Of a stretch of DNA of 64,000 nucleotides, positions 1 through 13,139 are shown piece after piece (the stretch's first letter is position 1; each line of letters starts with the position of its first letter). The DNA is from the human T2T-CHM13v2.0 reference genome, Homo sapiens, in assembly GCF_009914755.1 (NCBI RefSeq), contig NC_060927.1; one strand, written 5' to 3'. The translations under genes were made by a program, and so were the position numbers. The notes under the pieces are model-generated. The model was not told the DNA's origin. It ran no database searches and saw only the letters and a program-made list of their open reading frames with translations.

Positions 1-389
1 ATACCATGGAATACTACGCAGCCATAAAAAAGGATGAGTTCATGTGCTTTGCAGGACATGGATGAAGCTGGAAACCATCATTCTCAGCAAACTAATGCAG
101 GAACAGAAAACCAAACCCCTCATGTTCTCACTCATAAGTGGGAGTTGAACAATGAGAACACGTTGATACAGGGAGGGGAATATCACACACTGGGGCCTGT
201 CGGGGGGTGGGGGGCTAGGGGAGGGATAGCATTAAGAGAAATACCTAGTGTAGATGATGGGTCGATGGGTGCACCAAACCACCATGGCACGTGTATACCT
301 ATGTAACAAACCTGCACGTTCTGCACATGTACCCCAGAACTTAAAGTATAATAATAAAAAATAAAGATTTTATAAATAAAAAAAGAAAA
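1..389 (+). mobile_element. LINE-1 L1PA (about L1PA7-like) 3' end: ORF2 C-terminus, 3' UTR and A-rich tail; runs off the window start
   Basis: Matches primate L1 3' end (ggaatactacgcagccataaaaaaggatgag...G-rich tract...cctgcacgttctgcacatgtaccccagaacttaaagtataat) followed by an A-rich tail. Confidence 0.95.
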
Positions 390-546
390 TTGTGTTATAA
401 AAGTTGTAGATGAAATGATAGGAAGTGACAAATGGGAGCTATTATTTTTAACTAATGGATTTTAAACATTTGTTCCATACCACTTTATATATGGCTCTGG
501 GGATTTAAAACAAATTAATATGACAATACAGTGCTATGATTTAAAG

Positions 547-740
547 CAGAGGTTGGCAAATTTTTCTGAAAAGAACCAGATAATAAATATAGTAGGCTTT
601 GCTGGCCACACTGTTTCTGTCATAATCAACTCAACTCTGCCCTCAGGTAGCATGAACAAATAACAGCACAGGCATTGGGTAAATGAATGGGCCTGACTGT
701 GTTTCAGTGCTGCCTGCAGGCCATAGCTTGCTGAACCCTG
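547..740 (+). mobile_element. MER58A hAT-Charlie MITE, internally deleted
   Basis: Termini cagaggttggcaaa...ttgctgaaccctg; internal ccagataataaatatagtaggctttgctggcca; degenerate 8-bp TSD atttaaag/atgaaaag. Confidence 0.8.
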
Positions 741-871
741 ATGAAAAGAGAAGGCTTTGCAATTAAAGCTGGTGATGAATTCTGGTATTGATATCAGTTC
801 TGTTGTCAGCCATGTATCAGGTATACAAACTCTCCTAGGCTTGATTTCCTCAGTGACAGCCTAGATAGGCC

Positions 872-1020
872 AAGTGCACTTTGTGGTCTACACATCATCA
901 TCACCCAGAAACTTGTTAGAAATGCAGAACCACAGGCCCTGCCTAAGGCCTATTGATTCAAGAATCTGCATTCTAACAAGCCCCTTGGGGTATTTGCGTA
1001 TCATAGTTGGAGAAGCACGG
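872..1020 (+). mobile_element. MER5A1 hAT-Charlie MITE
   Basis: catcacccagaaacttgttagaaatgcaga...gaatctgcattctaacaag...agttggagaagcac resembles the MER5A/A1 consensus. Confidence 0.75.
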
Positions 1021-1027
1021 GGACAGA

Positions 1028-1047
1028 TGCTGCTGCTGCTGCTGCTG
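1028..1047 (+). repeat. (TGC)n microsatellite, about 6.7 units
   Basis: Direct reading. Confidence 0.95.
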
Positions 1048-2479
1048 ATGATGTTGTTAGTACATCAATGTATAGGGTTACTGAATTGTGTGGTTAATTG
1101 AGATGCTGCCCTCAAAGCACTTATGTACTAGAACTAGAATAATCACTCCATCATGTTTTTGCTCACCCATGCCTGTATTAGGATTTGTCAGAAAACTCAG
1201 AATTAAGTGGAATCTAGGAAGATTTTATATTAAATTAAAACCAAACCAAGTCACATTTAATTAAAATTAAAGCCAAACCATATGGGATGATGAATAGGAT
1301 TTATTCATGGAGTGCCAGGAGCTACAGCATACTAGGGTCATTGCAAATTGTTTAACCTATAAGGTGTAGCCATATTCTGAATAATGAATGACTTAGTAAA
1401 GGAATTTTGTGAAGTCAAGTGGGGAGGAAATGTAGGCTTCTCTCCTATTGGCATTTTCTGAGTCCTTTTGGAGCTCTGAGTTTGTTTTTTTTTTTTCATT
1501 TCTTTGCTGTGGTAAGTAGAGTAAATAGATGATATTAGAATGAGGTAGGGACTATCTTCGAAGTGAGAAAGGTATAAGAAATACAATATCATTTTTGAGA
1601 AAATTTTGTTTTAAAGACCTAAGCCACAAAAACATATTCTTGGTTAATCAGAAATTTAAGAAAACATGAATGCTGCATTCTTTTAATATTTGTTATATAA
1701 CGTGTAATATTAGTAGTAAAGTGAATTATGTTCTCTACGTTCATTTATCCTTCTGTTTTATGTTAAAGCAATGGCCCAGACCCCCAGATTTTGGTTGTTA
1801 ACCATAATTAGAATACCTCTTTTTTCTAAAAGGCTGGCATTGTGTAAAGAATTTTACAGTGTAAGGTCACTGCTTAGCAAGAGTAAAGGAACACAGTCTA
1901 ACAGAGTCATTTCATCTTCTGTATCTATTTTGTCAGCTCTTAAATGAGAATAATGCTGGTTCTTCTACAGATATTGTGAGGACAGACAATAAAGGTCACT
2001 GTGCTCTTTAGAAGAATGATACTTCAGAAGTCCAAGATAGGATTAAAACCGAAATATCTTATTTCAACCTTTTAAGTAGGTAGGAATGACTGTTAGAATA
2101 AAAAATGGAGAACTGTACAAATGATTGGTACGTTTGAAACATTTCTTTTTTTTATTTAAAAATAATTCAAATTGACTCTGGAGTACTTTGAATCAGAGAT
2201 GGGTAACTAAACACCATGCCTAGTAGGCAGACAGTAGTTGAATAGAAGTATCAAGGAAAGGACTGGAGTGGGCAGAATAATGTAACTGCTATAGAGAACT
2301 GGATAAGGATGAGTTTACCTGTGATGGTGGGATATTTAGCAGGGTTGATTGAATAGGAATTTTGAGATATATGTTGAATAGAGGCCCTGGATCATAATTT
2401 CTAGAAAAGTAATTTTAGTTATGTTATTTAATGGTTTTGATAACTGCACACATGTGGTGTCTTGTGTGAATCCCAGGTG

Positions 2480-2555
2480 GTCATGCCTACAACAGAACCT
2501 TGTATAATTCCTGACATGGAGCAAGTGCTCAATAAGTGTTTGTTCATTTGTTTTT
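2480..2555 (+). mobile_element. L2 3' end fragment
   Basis: cctgacatggagcaagtgctcaataagtgtttgtt resembles the L2 3' terminus. Confidence 0.5.
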
Positions 2556-2894
2556 CTAGCTGGAAATTCTGATGCCAGAGTTTGCTTAATGAATGGCATT
2601 GATGTGAAACAAAGAGTTAATGGTTTTCCTTAATACAGTCACCTCAATTCTTTCTGCTCAGTACAGCCAACCTTTTAAAAAGAATTTCTCTGCAACTTCC
2701 TTATGCTTCCCCATTAGCATCTTTTTTATAGTGTCTTTATTTCTCTCCTTCCCACTCACTCCACAAACCTCTCTGAACTGTCTTTCCCCCAGAAAACTAA
2801 TCCAAAAATATGTGGTCATCAATTACTGCAGGGTTTTTAAGTTTCAGGGACTTTTTCCAAAGTCTCAATCTTATTACTAAGCACTTCTAAGACT

Positions 2895-3560
2895 GTTACA
2901 TACTTTTCATGAAACATATTTCCTATGGACTCTATATTCCTAGAGTTTCCCTTTCACATTTGGTCCAGTCTCCTCGCTGTGTACTCTTCGCTTTGGTGAT
3001 GTGATTCATAGTCATGAAATTATTGACCGGCTTTCCTACCACAAATCCAAAATGTGGACCTTCAAGTGAGGTTTTCATTCTGAGCTTCAAAGTGATAGGA
3101 AAAAGGATTTACTTGGCATATTTTCTTATATGTTTCATAGTCAGCGGATATGAAAGAAGTCCAAACTAAATTCCCAAATCTAGCACAATGCCCTTTCTTA
3201 TATACTGTATTCTTCTAGGACTGTTCTATTCTAAGCTTCACCTCATCACACAAGTAGACATATATGTATATATGTGTGTATGCATATATATAAACACGCA
3301 CATGTGTGTATATTTGTATATATATATACAAACTATGTATTTATGTATACATACTAAATTAAAAAGACAATACAATTGCCATACTTATATGACATACATA
3401 TATGGCAATTGTATTGTCTTTTTCCTCTGGCAGATTATAAATAAGGACTTTTTAAAAAAATCATTCTTGCGTGTCCTATACTTAGATAAGGCCTGATATA
3501 TCATTGATGCTCAAAATATTTAGCAAATGAATTAATCTAGTTCAATTCATTCATTCATTG
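2895..3560 (+). mobile_element. Old L2 fragments interrupted by a TA/TG-rich repeat
   Basis: L2-like ggtgatgtgattcatagtcatg...ctgagcttcaa...gtccaaactaaattc, and 3' end gcctgatatatcattgatgctcaaaatatttagcaaatgaat. Confidence 0.45.
3258..3355. repeat. TA/TG-rich low-complexity tract
   Basis: Alternating purine-pyrimidine sequence. Confidence 0.85.
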
Positions 3561-3766
3561 TATAATGGAGTAAGAAACAACATAGGCTTCAGCTACACAG
3601 TCATAAAGACTTCAGGTGGTTTTCTATGCATCTCCTTATACCTGTGTTTAAATAACGCAGATATAAGTTACTTTGTGTAGCTTCTCCCCCCTTGTTGTCT
3701 CCCCTCGTTGTCTCCATACCATTTATAAAAATAGTTATGGTACAGAGTCCTTGTAGGATATAAGTA

Positions 3767-6135
3767 CAGGCATACCTTGTTTTATTATGCCTCACGTTAT
3801 TGCATTTTTCAGATACTGTTTTTTATAAATTGAAGGTCTCTGGCAATCCTGTGTCAAGCAAGTCCATTTCCTAACACCATTTTCAAAATAACACGTGCTC
3901 ACTTCATGTCTCTATGTCACACTTTGGTAATTCTCACAATATTTAAAATTTTCTCATTTTTTATACCTGTTAGGATTATCTGTGATCAGTGATCTTTGAT
4001 GTTACTATTGCAATTATTGTGGGGCACCACAAACAGTCTCCGTGTAAGACAATAAACTTAATCAGTCTTGTGTGTGTTCTGACTATTCCATTGACTGGTT
4101 CTGCTTGCACTTCTCCCTGTCCTTGGCCCTTCCTATTTTCTGAGACAGCAATAATGAAGAGAGACCAGTTAATAACCCCACAATGGCCTCTAATTATTCA
4201 AGTGAAAGGAATAATCACACATCTCTCACTTTAAATCAACAGCTAGAAATGATTAAGCTTAGTGAGGAAGGCATGTCAAAAGCTGAGATAGGCCAAAATC
4301 TAGGTCTCTTGTACTAAACAGTCTAGTTATGAATGCAAAGGAAAAGTTATTGAAGGAAATTATAACTACTACTGCAGTGAACACACAAATGATAAATAAG
4401 TGAAACTGCTTTATTGCTGAAATGGAAAATGTTTGAGTGGTGTGGATAGAAAATCCAACCAGCCACAACACTCCCTTAAGCCAAAGCCTAATTCAGAAAA
4501 AGTTCCTAATTGTCTTCAATTCTGCAAAGGCTGAAAGAAGTGAGAGAGCTACCGAAGGAAAGTTTGGAGCTAGCAGGAGTTGGTTCCTAAAGTTTAAGAA
4601 AAAGATCTTAAAAATGCATTGCCATCACATAAAAATGCAAGGTGAGGCAGCAAGTGCTGATATAGAAGCAGCAGCAATTTATCCAGAAAACCTAAGATAA
4701 TAAAGGAAGATGACGACACTAAACAACATATTTTCAATGCAGATAAAACAGGCTCCTGTTGGAAGAAGATTTCATCTGGGACTTTTGTAGGTATAGAGAA
4801 ATCAATGCCTGACTTCAAAGCTTCAAAAGACAGGTTGACTCTCTTGTTAGGAGCTAATACAGCAGCTGACTTTAAGTTGAAGACAATGCTCATTTACCAT
4901 TTTGAAAATCTTGGGGTCCTTAAGAATTATGATTAATCTACTCTGTCTGTGCTCTAGAAATAAAACAACAAAACCTGGATGACAGCACAGTTGTTTACGG
5001 CATTTTAAGTCCACTATTGAGAGCTACTACTCGGTAAAAAAAAAGATTACTTTCAAGACATTATCGCTGACAATGCACTTGTTACCCAAAAGCTCTCATG
5101 AGGATGTACAAGGAAATTCATGTTTTCATGGCTGCTAACACAACATCCATTGTGCAGCCTATGGACCAAGGAGTAATTTTGACTTTCCAGTGTTATTATT
5201 TAAGACTTATTTAAGAAGTACATTTCATAAAGCTATAGCTGCCATAGATAGTGCTTCCTTCAATGGATCTAGGCAAGGTAAATAGAAAACCCCCTGGAAA
5301 TAAATTTATAATTCTAGATGCCATTAAGAACATTCATACTTCATGAGAGGAAGTCAAAATTCAACATGAACAGGAGTTTGGAAGAAATTGATTCCAACCC
5401 TCATGGATGACTTTGAGGGGTTCAAGACACCAATGGAAAAAGTGAACTGCAGATGTGGTGGAAATTGCAAGAGAACTAGAATTAAAAGTGGAGCCTGAAG
5501 ATGTGGCTAATCTTCTTTGCTGCAATCTCATAATAAACTTGAATGAACGAGGAATTGCTTCTTATGGATGAGCAAAGAAAGTGACTTCTTGAGATGGAAT
5601 CTACTCCTGGTAAAGATGCTACGAACATTGTTGAAATGACAACAAACGATTTAGAATAGTGCATAAAGTTAGTTAACAAAACAGTAGCAGGCTTTGAGAG
5701 GATTGACTCCACTTTTGAAAGAAATTCTACTGAGGATAAAATGCTATTAAACAGCATTGCATGCTACAGAGAAATCTTTTGTGAAAGGAAGACTTCACTG
5801 TTGCCTTAGTTTAGGAAACCAGCACTACCACCCCAACCTTCAGCAACCACCACCCTGATTAGTCAGCAGCCAACAACATCGAGGCAAGATCCTCCACCAG
5901 CAAAAAGATTACAGCTTGCTGAAGGCTCAGATGATTGTTAGCATTATTTAGCAATAAAGTATTTTTAAGTTAAGGGATGCATATTTTTTATGTATAGTAC
6001 TATTGCACACTTAATATACTACAATACAGTGTGAACACAATTTTCCTGTGCACTGGGAAACCAAAAAAACCTCATGTGACTCGCTTTACTGTGGTGGTCT
6101 GGAGCCAATTCTACAATATCTCCTAGGCATGCTTA
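3767..6135 (+). mobile_element. Tigger1 DNA transposon (TcMar-Tigger), near full length (about 2.37 kb)
   Basis: TA followed by 5' TIR caggcataccttgttttatt; 3' TIR caatatctcctaggcatgctta; internal transposase remnant. Confidence 0.95.
4183..5800 (+). pseudogene. Disrupted Tigger1 transposase ORF (pogo-like DDE; TIGD1-related)
   Basis: Starts atggcctctaattattcaagtgaaagg; ORF 4437-4700 (VWIENPTSHNTPLSQSLIQKK...GASRSWFLKFK) matches the Tigger transposase CENP-B HTH region; many stops and frameshifts; end coordinate approximate. Confidence 0.85.
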
Positions 6136-6221
6136 CAATGCCATATAGTAATTATCTAAGAGTTCCTGATAAAGAAACACAGTAGGTGCTCTTGCTAATT
6201 CATCACTCTTTCTGTAGGCCT

Positions 6222-7345
6222 GCATTCATTTATGTTTTCACTGATTCATCCAATAGTGTATAAACAGCTACTTTGTGTGAGATCCTGTTCCAGGTGCTGA
6301 GAATCTAGTGATGATCAAACTGGGCCAAGTCTCTGTTCTTGTGATATTTTCATAGGAGGACACAAGCAAGAAATAAATAGCACATACATTTACTAAATTT
6401 TAGACGTATTCTCTGTGAGTGCTACGAAGAAAATCAAAGGCCTTTCTGATGAGGTGTCACTTGAGCATGCTGAGGTAATGCATCCTTCCAAAATGTGGAG
6501 GCTGAGTGTTACGAGGTAGAAACACCAGCAACCTGAGTGGCAATGAGGTGGGAATGTGTTTGAATGCTCACGAAGCATCCTTCAGTGTAGCTGGGGAAAA
6601 ATGAGAAATTTTAGAGAGGTAAAAGCTGAAGTAGATTTTGTAAGGTCATGTAGATGATTATATAGAATTCAGTTTCTTCTCTGGGTAAGATGGGAACCGT
6701 AGGGGCAGGGGGCAGGGATCTGAGCAGAGGAGTAACAAAGTTTAACTTCGATTTAAAGCAAATCATTTGGGCTACTCTCTGGAAAACAGACTCCAAGGGA
6801 GCGAGGGCTGAAAAGGAGAAGTCAGAAGGACATATATGAAATGGTAGAGGCAACAGGCAATGGTGACTTAGTACAGGATGGCATTTCTCAAGCATGGTTC
6901 CTGGGGCAGCTACAGCAACATCACATGGGCTCTATCCTAGACCTTCTGAATCAGAGACTGTAGAGGTAGGTAGGGCCCAGGAATCTGTGTTGCAACAAGC
7001 CTCCCAGAAAGTTCTGATGCTGATCACAGTTTAAGAATCATGCTTTGGGTCATCAGTAGCTTGGAAGGGAATAAGAAGTAGTCATATTAGGGATATATGT
7101 TGAAATTAGAGCTCATGGGATTGACCAGTGGTTATGTGTGAGGTATGTATGAGAAAAGGGATAACACTGAGGTCTTTGAACTAAGAAACTGGTGGAATCC
7201 AGTTGCTGTGTGCTGAGAGAAGATCCTGGGAGGAGCTGCTGAAATGGGAGTCAGGTTAGTTCTAGGTGTAGTTATTGTGATGTGTCTATTAGTCACTCAA
7301 GTAGAGCCGTTGGGCAGGTGATTAGATATTCAAGTCTGGAGTCAC
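6222..7345 (-). mobile_element. L2 (L2a/b-like) 3' region, with MER5A inserted
   Basis: Reverse L2 tail (cattcatttatg...ccaggtgctgagaatctagtgatgatcaaa) and downstream L2 motifs (gggcaggtgattagatattcaagtctggagt). Confidence 0.75.
6880..7042 (+). mobile_element. MER5A hAT-Charlie MITE
   Basis: ttctcaagcatggttcc...agaccttctgaatcagagact...gggcccaggaatctgtgttgcaacaagcc...ttctgatgc...agtttaagaatca. Confidence 0.75.
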
Positions 7346-10300
7346 TCTTTAATAAATCAGTTTTAGTTGTTGTACGTAGACTTATATATTGTTATTCAGG
7401 ATTTCTTTATTCGGGAAATGAAATTAGAAGAGGACCTGTAGAGATTAAAGAACTATTTAGGACAGCATTTAAAAAATTAGCTCAAGAAGAAAAGTGAATT
7501 GTTAATTTTTTCCCAAGACTAATTCCTTCAACTTGTCATATGCTGTGGATCACCTAATAGAATCTCTTAAATGACTAAGTGTATTTTAATGAGCCCAGAA
7601 ATTAAAAATCATTCCATTATTACCTTGAAAGACAAAGGTGTCATGAGCATTTCATATCCTCAGGTAGTATTCCATATCTGATTTAATAGCTTGCTGAGGG
7701 GCTGGGTTGCTTTAGAAGTCCATTGAGTGGCATTTTAATGGCAGTGGTACCAAGGATCCTAATAGTCTGTGAAATCTGTTTCACATTAGACCTTTTTGGA
7801 ATTGGCTCAGCCTAATTTGCACCTATTAATTTAATTTTGAACAGCCTAGGCTGAAAGTTATATTGGCTGCTGATACATAACTTCATCTTTTATAAAAATC
7901 CAGATACCTGAGTTATATATCATGTTATCTATTTCCCCATTGTTTGAAATATAATACATCTTTCTATTTAAAGAATCAAAATGTTCTTTATTTTTCAAAT
8001 AACAATATGCCTGAATTTATAATGGGATAAGTAGTTTTATTCGACTTGGTATAGAATTAAGAATGTAAGTAATGACATTATTCTCTACCTAATTATTAAC
8101 AATTGTAGTTGTATAGCTCTGTCTTGAATTATAGTTTTGGTATGTTTCGATGATCTAGAGCTTCCATATTGGCAAACTAAGAAGGAAGAGTTGGAAACTA
8201 GAATAACTTTAGAGATAATTACTCTTAGTATCTTCAAAAGCGAGCAAAGATCTGTTCAGTTCAATTAACTTTTTACTCAAAAGTTAAGAAGGAGTTGAGT
8301 GGTTGGCATGGTAGGTAACTATCAAGTTAAACATACTTGGAGGGCTTCAGTGGCTCTTTTAAGCCTTTTACTGGTGAAATGTGTAGCTAGAAAAATATGC
8401 ACACCCTTTCAGCTGGATGTGGAACCTACCCCCATCCTCTTGGAATATTGATCTTATTCAGTTGTTGGAAAATATTATGGGCTGTTCAAACCCAATAGAA
8501 ATGTCAACATATTTTAAAGATGAAAATTTGTGAATAGCTCTAAAAACAATTGGTGATGTATAGTTAATAAAATGTGATAGAAATAATAATGGCAAATTTT
8601 GAGTACTAATGACTTGGCTTTGGGTTGATAAGGACAGTAAAAGTTCTTTCCTGGTTTAAAATTTGCAAAAATTATTTTTTTTTGAAGAAAGATTCAGTGA
8701 TACTAATATGTCTAATGATTGCTAAGCACAACCACAGACACTAGCAGTCATTAGGCACATTAGCATCACTGGATTGATTCTAGTTATGTTCACTGGAGCT
8801 ATATTGAGTCTATAGAATCACTGTCTTACATTTTGAAGTTGCTTGCGTTTTGAATTTATCTAGCATGACCATGTCAAATAACCCTTTATCAGAATAAATT
8901 AATATGCATGAGGGTATATGTGTGTATAAATCTGTATCCACTTATAAATATATATCTTAAAATAAAAAAGATCCTATAGAAATACAAGTTAGTATTCCTT
9001 TTAAACACACTTTTTTTGTTGTTAAACCACAGGTCAGTCAAGCTTAGTTAAATTTGAGTATTCAAGAGTTTTGTTATATTAAAGTAGTAAGTGAGAACAT
9101 TGGGTTTCTAGAAGGCAAAAGTGAAGAATGTATGAAAAAGAAAAAATATTTCCAAAGATATCTTTCACAAACTTAGTGATAGTTGCTTAACACCCTGGTG
9201 ACTTCTGTGCAACTTGATGTTTGCCAGCCTCTAGAGCTCCACATCAACGTATCCTGCTCAGTGCTTTGTTCATCTTTTTTTCCCAAGAGGAGCTCTGAAA
9301 GCTTCCAGCGAGTTGGAAGAGCAGAAAGCAGCAAGACTTTAGCATGTGTTCATGAAATAAAGAAAATAAAGAGCTAGTCTCATTTTTGTCCTTTCTTGTT
9401 ACAGTTGCTTAAGAAAAAGATAACAGATAAAAAAGAGGAGAGATCCAGGCTCAAAATCTCAGGACTGGAAACTTTGCTTCACTTAGAGGTCACTCTCTGG
9501 CTGTTGGCTATAGTCAAATGGAGAAGCCAATGCTGTTGTTTCTGTGTCTAATTCCAATTTCATTTTGTGTAGCTGTCATTCTCATATTTCCTTCCAGCAG
9601 TAAATAAGGACATGGAACAGACACATTTCCTGGATAAGGCTATGAGTGCCAAATAAAAGAAGACATTACAGGAGGCCACAATAAAAATAAACAGAAGAAA
9701 GTGAAAAACTCTCACTTTTTTTAGGGGTAATGTTTCAAAAACAACCTCCAAATGATTGATAAGCATGTGCTTTCTTCTTATGATTAAGAAATTTATTTAG
9801 TGGTTAAGATATTTGGTTATTATTCTTGGATTGCTAGATTAAGGAATGTTCCTGGAATATTAAACTTTGTGGAACACGTCACTCCCCTCCTGAAAATAAA
9901 TGTTTATCTTAATTACATTATAGTACTTAAAGTTTTTGGATGCAACTAATGATTATATCTAATTTGTGCCAAGTTCTTTGCTAAGTTATTGTATATTTTC
10001 TATTCTAGAATATGCTCTTTTTTTTTTTTACCCCAACCGAAAAATTACTTGTAGGTCTCATGACCTTTTTTCAGGTGATAGCTAGGGAAAAGACAAGTTT
10101 ATTTGCAGCTGAAAGAAAATAACTTTCAGGACCGAGGGACTTGAGAGGCAGCTGAAGGAAAAGAAAGACATAGACTTTTAAATATCTTTATTCCCTGATA
10201 AAATTGTTCCCCAGAACTAACATTTTAAGCTTTATTATAAGTCAATACTCTGTGTTCTAAAGCCTTCAGTACAGAGATGAAAGAGAGGAAGTAAATGAGT

Positions 10301-10387
10301 ACATGTTCTGAGAGCTGAAAGCTCTCTAGGGCAGGTGTTTTATAGTTGTGGTACGAGGACTCTGTAGCAAAAGGGTTTATAAAATTA

Positions 10388-10495
10388 ATTCCTTTATCTG
10401 TAACATACCAATGATACCTTGCTACCTATCTCAAAGGTAGTGAGAATTAAGTCATTATATAGATGTGTAATGACTTTATTAGTGTTGTTATGAAA
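10388..10495 (+). mobile_element. MIR fragment
   Basis: ttcctttatctgtaa...ctacctatctcaaagg...gtgagaattaag. Confidence 0.5.
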
Positions 10496-10554
10496 ACACC
10501 AGCATTGCCATCTTTGTCTAATACTTAGAAGAGAGACAACGTAGTTTAGAGGGC

Positions 10555-10775
10555 AAACCAATGGAATAAACAAATAAGTTTAGCAGCCAGACAGGCCTGG
10601 GTTTTCTACTGCTTATAACTGTGAATCACTGGGCAAAGTAGCCAACATTTCTGAACCTCACTTTTCCTATCCATAAAATGAGAATGACCATCCTTAGTTA
10701 ACAGTTATACCATGAAAATTACTGTGAAGTATTTAGCAATGAACCTGCGGATGATCCGTAGGAGTTAATTGTTAA
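10555..10775 (+). mobile_element. MIR
   Basis: gccagacaggcctggg...ctgggcaaagt...tctgaacctcacttttcctatccataaaatgagaat. Confidence 0.7.
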
Positions 10776-11322
10776 CTAATGCCTAGTCCAGCCGTCTAAG
10801 CTTCAGTACCTTTTCTCCATTCCTGGGACATGGGATTGAACTGTCCCACAGAGGACACTCCTGCTGGAAGAGAAAGTCAGTCCTTCCTTTCCTCATGGTT
10901 GCCAGAATCAGGGAAGCAAACGTGAAACTGATTGTAAAAAGGGGCAATGAACTCAAATATGCCTTGAAGGAGGAACTAAGAGAATCTTCCAATCAAAACA
11001 TCTGTAAGCAAGAATCTAAAATAGCTTATGAAGTGAAGAATTTGGGTTGTAAGTGGAATTTTTAAATGACAAAAATAGTGTATTGACTCTAGATGGGATA
11101 TTATCTAAATTTTTTTTTTCTTTTAAAATGGCTACATTTGCAGTGCCAGGGTTGAGAGATAGGGGCCAGAGATCATCTAAATGTGTGGCCTCAGGAAACA
11201 CTTGGTTACAACCTCTCCACTTTAAAAACAAACATGGATCGTTGAATGAATCCTTTTGTTCATTCTTTCTACCTCTAAAATTATCTGAAGCCACAAGGAC
11301 ATTGGAGGTTCACTGATTTCTT

Positions 11323-11627
<305 letters not shown>

Positions 11628-12400
11628 ACTGATTTCTTATTCATCGAAGCACCAGTGGTGCGAGTTGGAACGGCAGGGGTAAGAGGCTTGTGTGACAGTG
11701 CCCTCCACCTCTTGACCCAAAGATTTAAGGATTCACAACTACTATGTGGAGGAACGCATAAAGCATGACACAGGAATTTGTAAGAAGAATTTAGTTAGAA
11801 CTTTTCTAAATAGTCTAAACTGACTACTCTGGCAAAGAGGACATCCTGTGAGGGTATACATACAGCTGTCCTCTTAAAAACAGAGCTCTCTTCAGTTCCC
11901 AATTTGTTATTGCTCAAGCTGAGAAGAGAAAAGCCCAGTTTCCTCCAACAAAAAGCAAATGTCGATTACCAAACAGCAACAACAAAAGGTCTGGACACTT
12001 CCCATTACTTTTGTTTTAATCTCTCTGTTTTCTAATCATTTTTGTTAAAAGTATCTCTTTTGGAAAATTCCAACTTTATTGGGTAGAGTTTATTTTATTT
12101 CAAAGAGCTTGCACTGAGTGCCTTACAGAATTCAGTAGTACCAGGGATAGCATAAAATCTATAGAAGAGAAAATAGGATAAAGAAATGTTATAAATAAAA
12201 TATCAAGTCATAAAATCAATGAGAAAGGTATAAAAGTAGAAAGTTAATAATATTATGTAATTTTCTTGCATCAGCTATAGTTCCATATAATAGAGTTGTT
12301 TTGTATATCCAGTTTCTTTTAAGGCTGTTTGTGTTTCTTCCATAATTCTCCAAACATACTGTAAAGGGATATTGTTTCTCATTTAATTGTGTTCATTCAG

Positions 12401-12514
12401 CCAAGATGCTGACTATGAGCTGTGGGAGAAGCAGAAGGATTGTATATATTTCATCTGCTGCTCTTCAAGCAGAAATGTGGCGGAACATGCATAGGAAAAT
12501 TAAAATTGAAGGCA
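12401..12514 (+). other. Candidate cryptic cassette exon (114 nt, frame-preserving)
   Basis: tttaat branch-like motif, then ttgtgttcattcag| ... gca|gtaagt; one frame is open. Confidence 0.15.
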
Positions 12515-12780
12515 GTAAGTGACTAAGCACCATGACAGTTAACATAAGCATGGAATTATATAGACATTCAGGAAAAACAGTAACATGTGAATTGTCTTAA
12601 AAATGTTGTTCAAGAGTTTGTAAACTAAGCTACAATCTTTGACAACCTTACATTTTTAGTTGTCAAAGAGAAAGATACCAAGAAGGCAGGAGCTTGTAGT
12701 TAGGGAATAACTACATTTCAAGAGATGTTGTGAGATAGCCCTGACTAGAGTAATGCTAGAGGATCACATTAAATGATTAA

Positions 12781-13085
<305 letters not shown>

Positions 13086-13139
13086 TTAAATTAATATTGA
13101 ATTAAAAATAGATGGATTAAAAGAAGGGTAAAACATTTT

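Larger units (their letters stand above)
770..1165 (+). mobile_element. Degenerate MIR interrupted by MER5A1 and a (TGC)n repeat
   Basis: MIR-like core (ttgatttcctcag) before, and MIR 3' part (ggttaattgagatg...aaagcactta) after, the MER5 insertion. Confidence 0.4.

Noticed and set aside
9011-9038. CAG|GTCAGT as another recursive site
   Set aside because: The pyrimidine tract is short and separated from the AG by an A-rich stretch.
9380-9500. Strong acceptor at 9404 followed by an open purine-rich frame (LLKKKITDKKEERSRLK...)
   Set aside because: No convincing downstream donor and no recognisable protein similarity.
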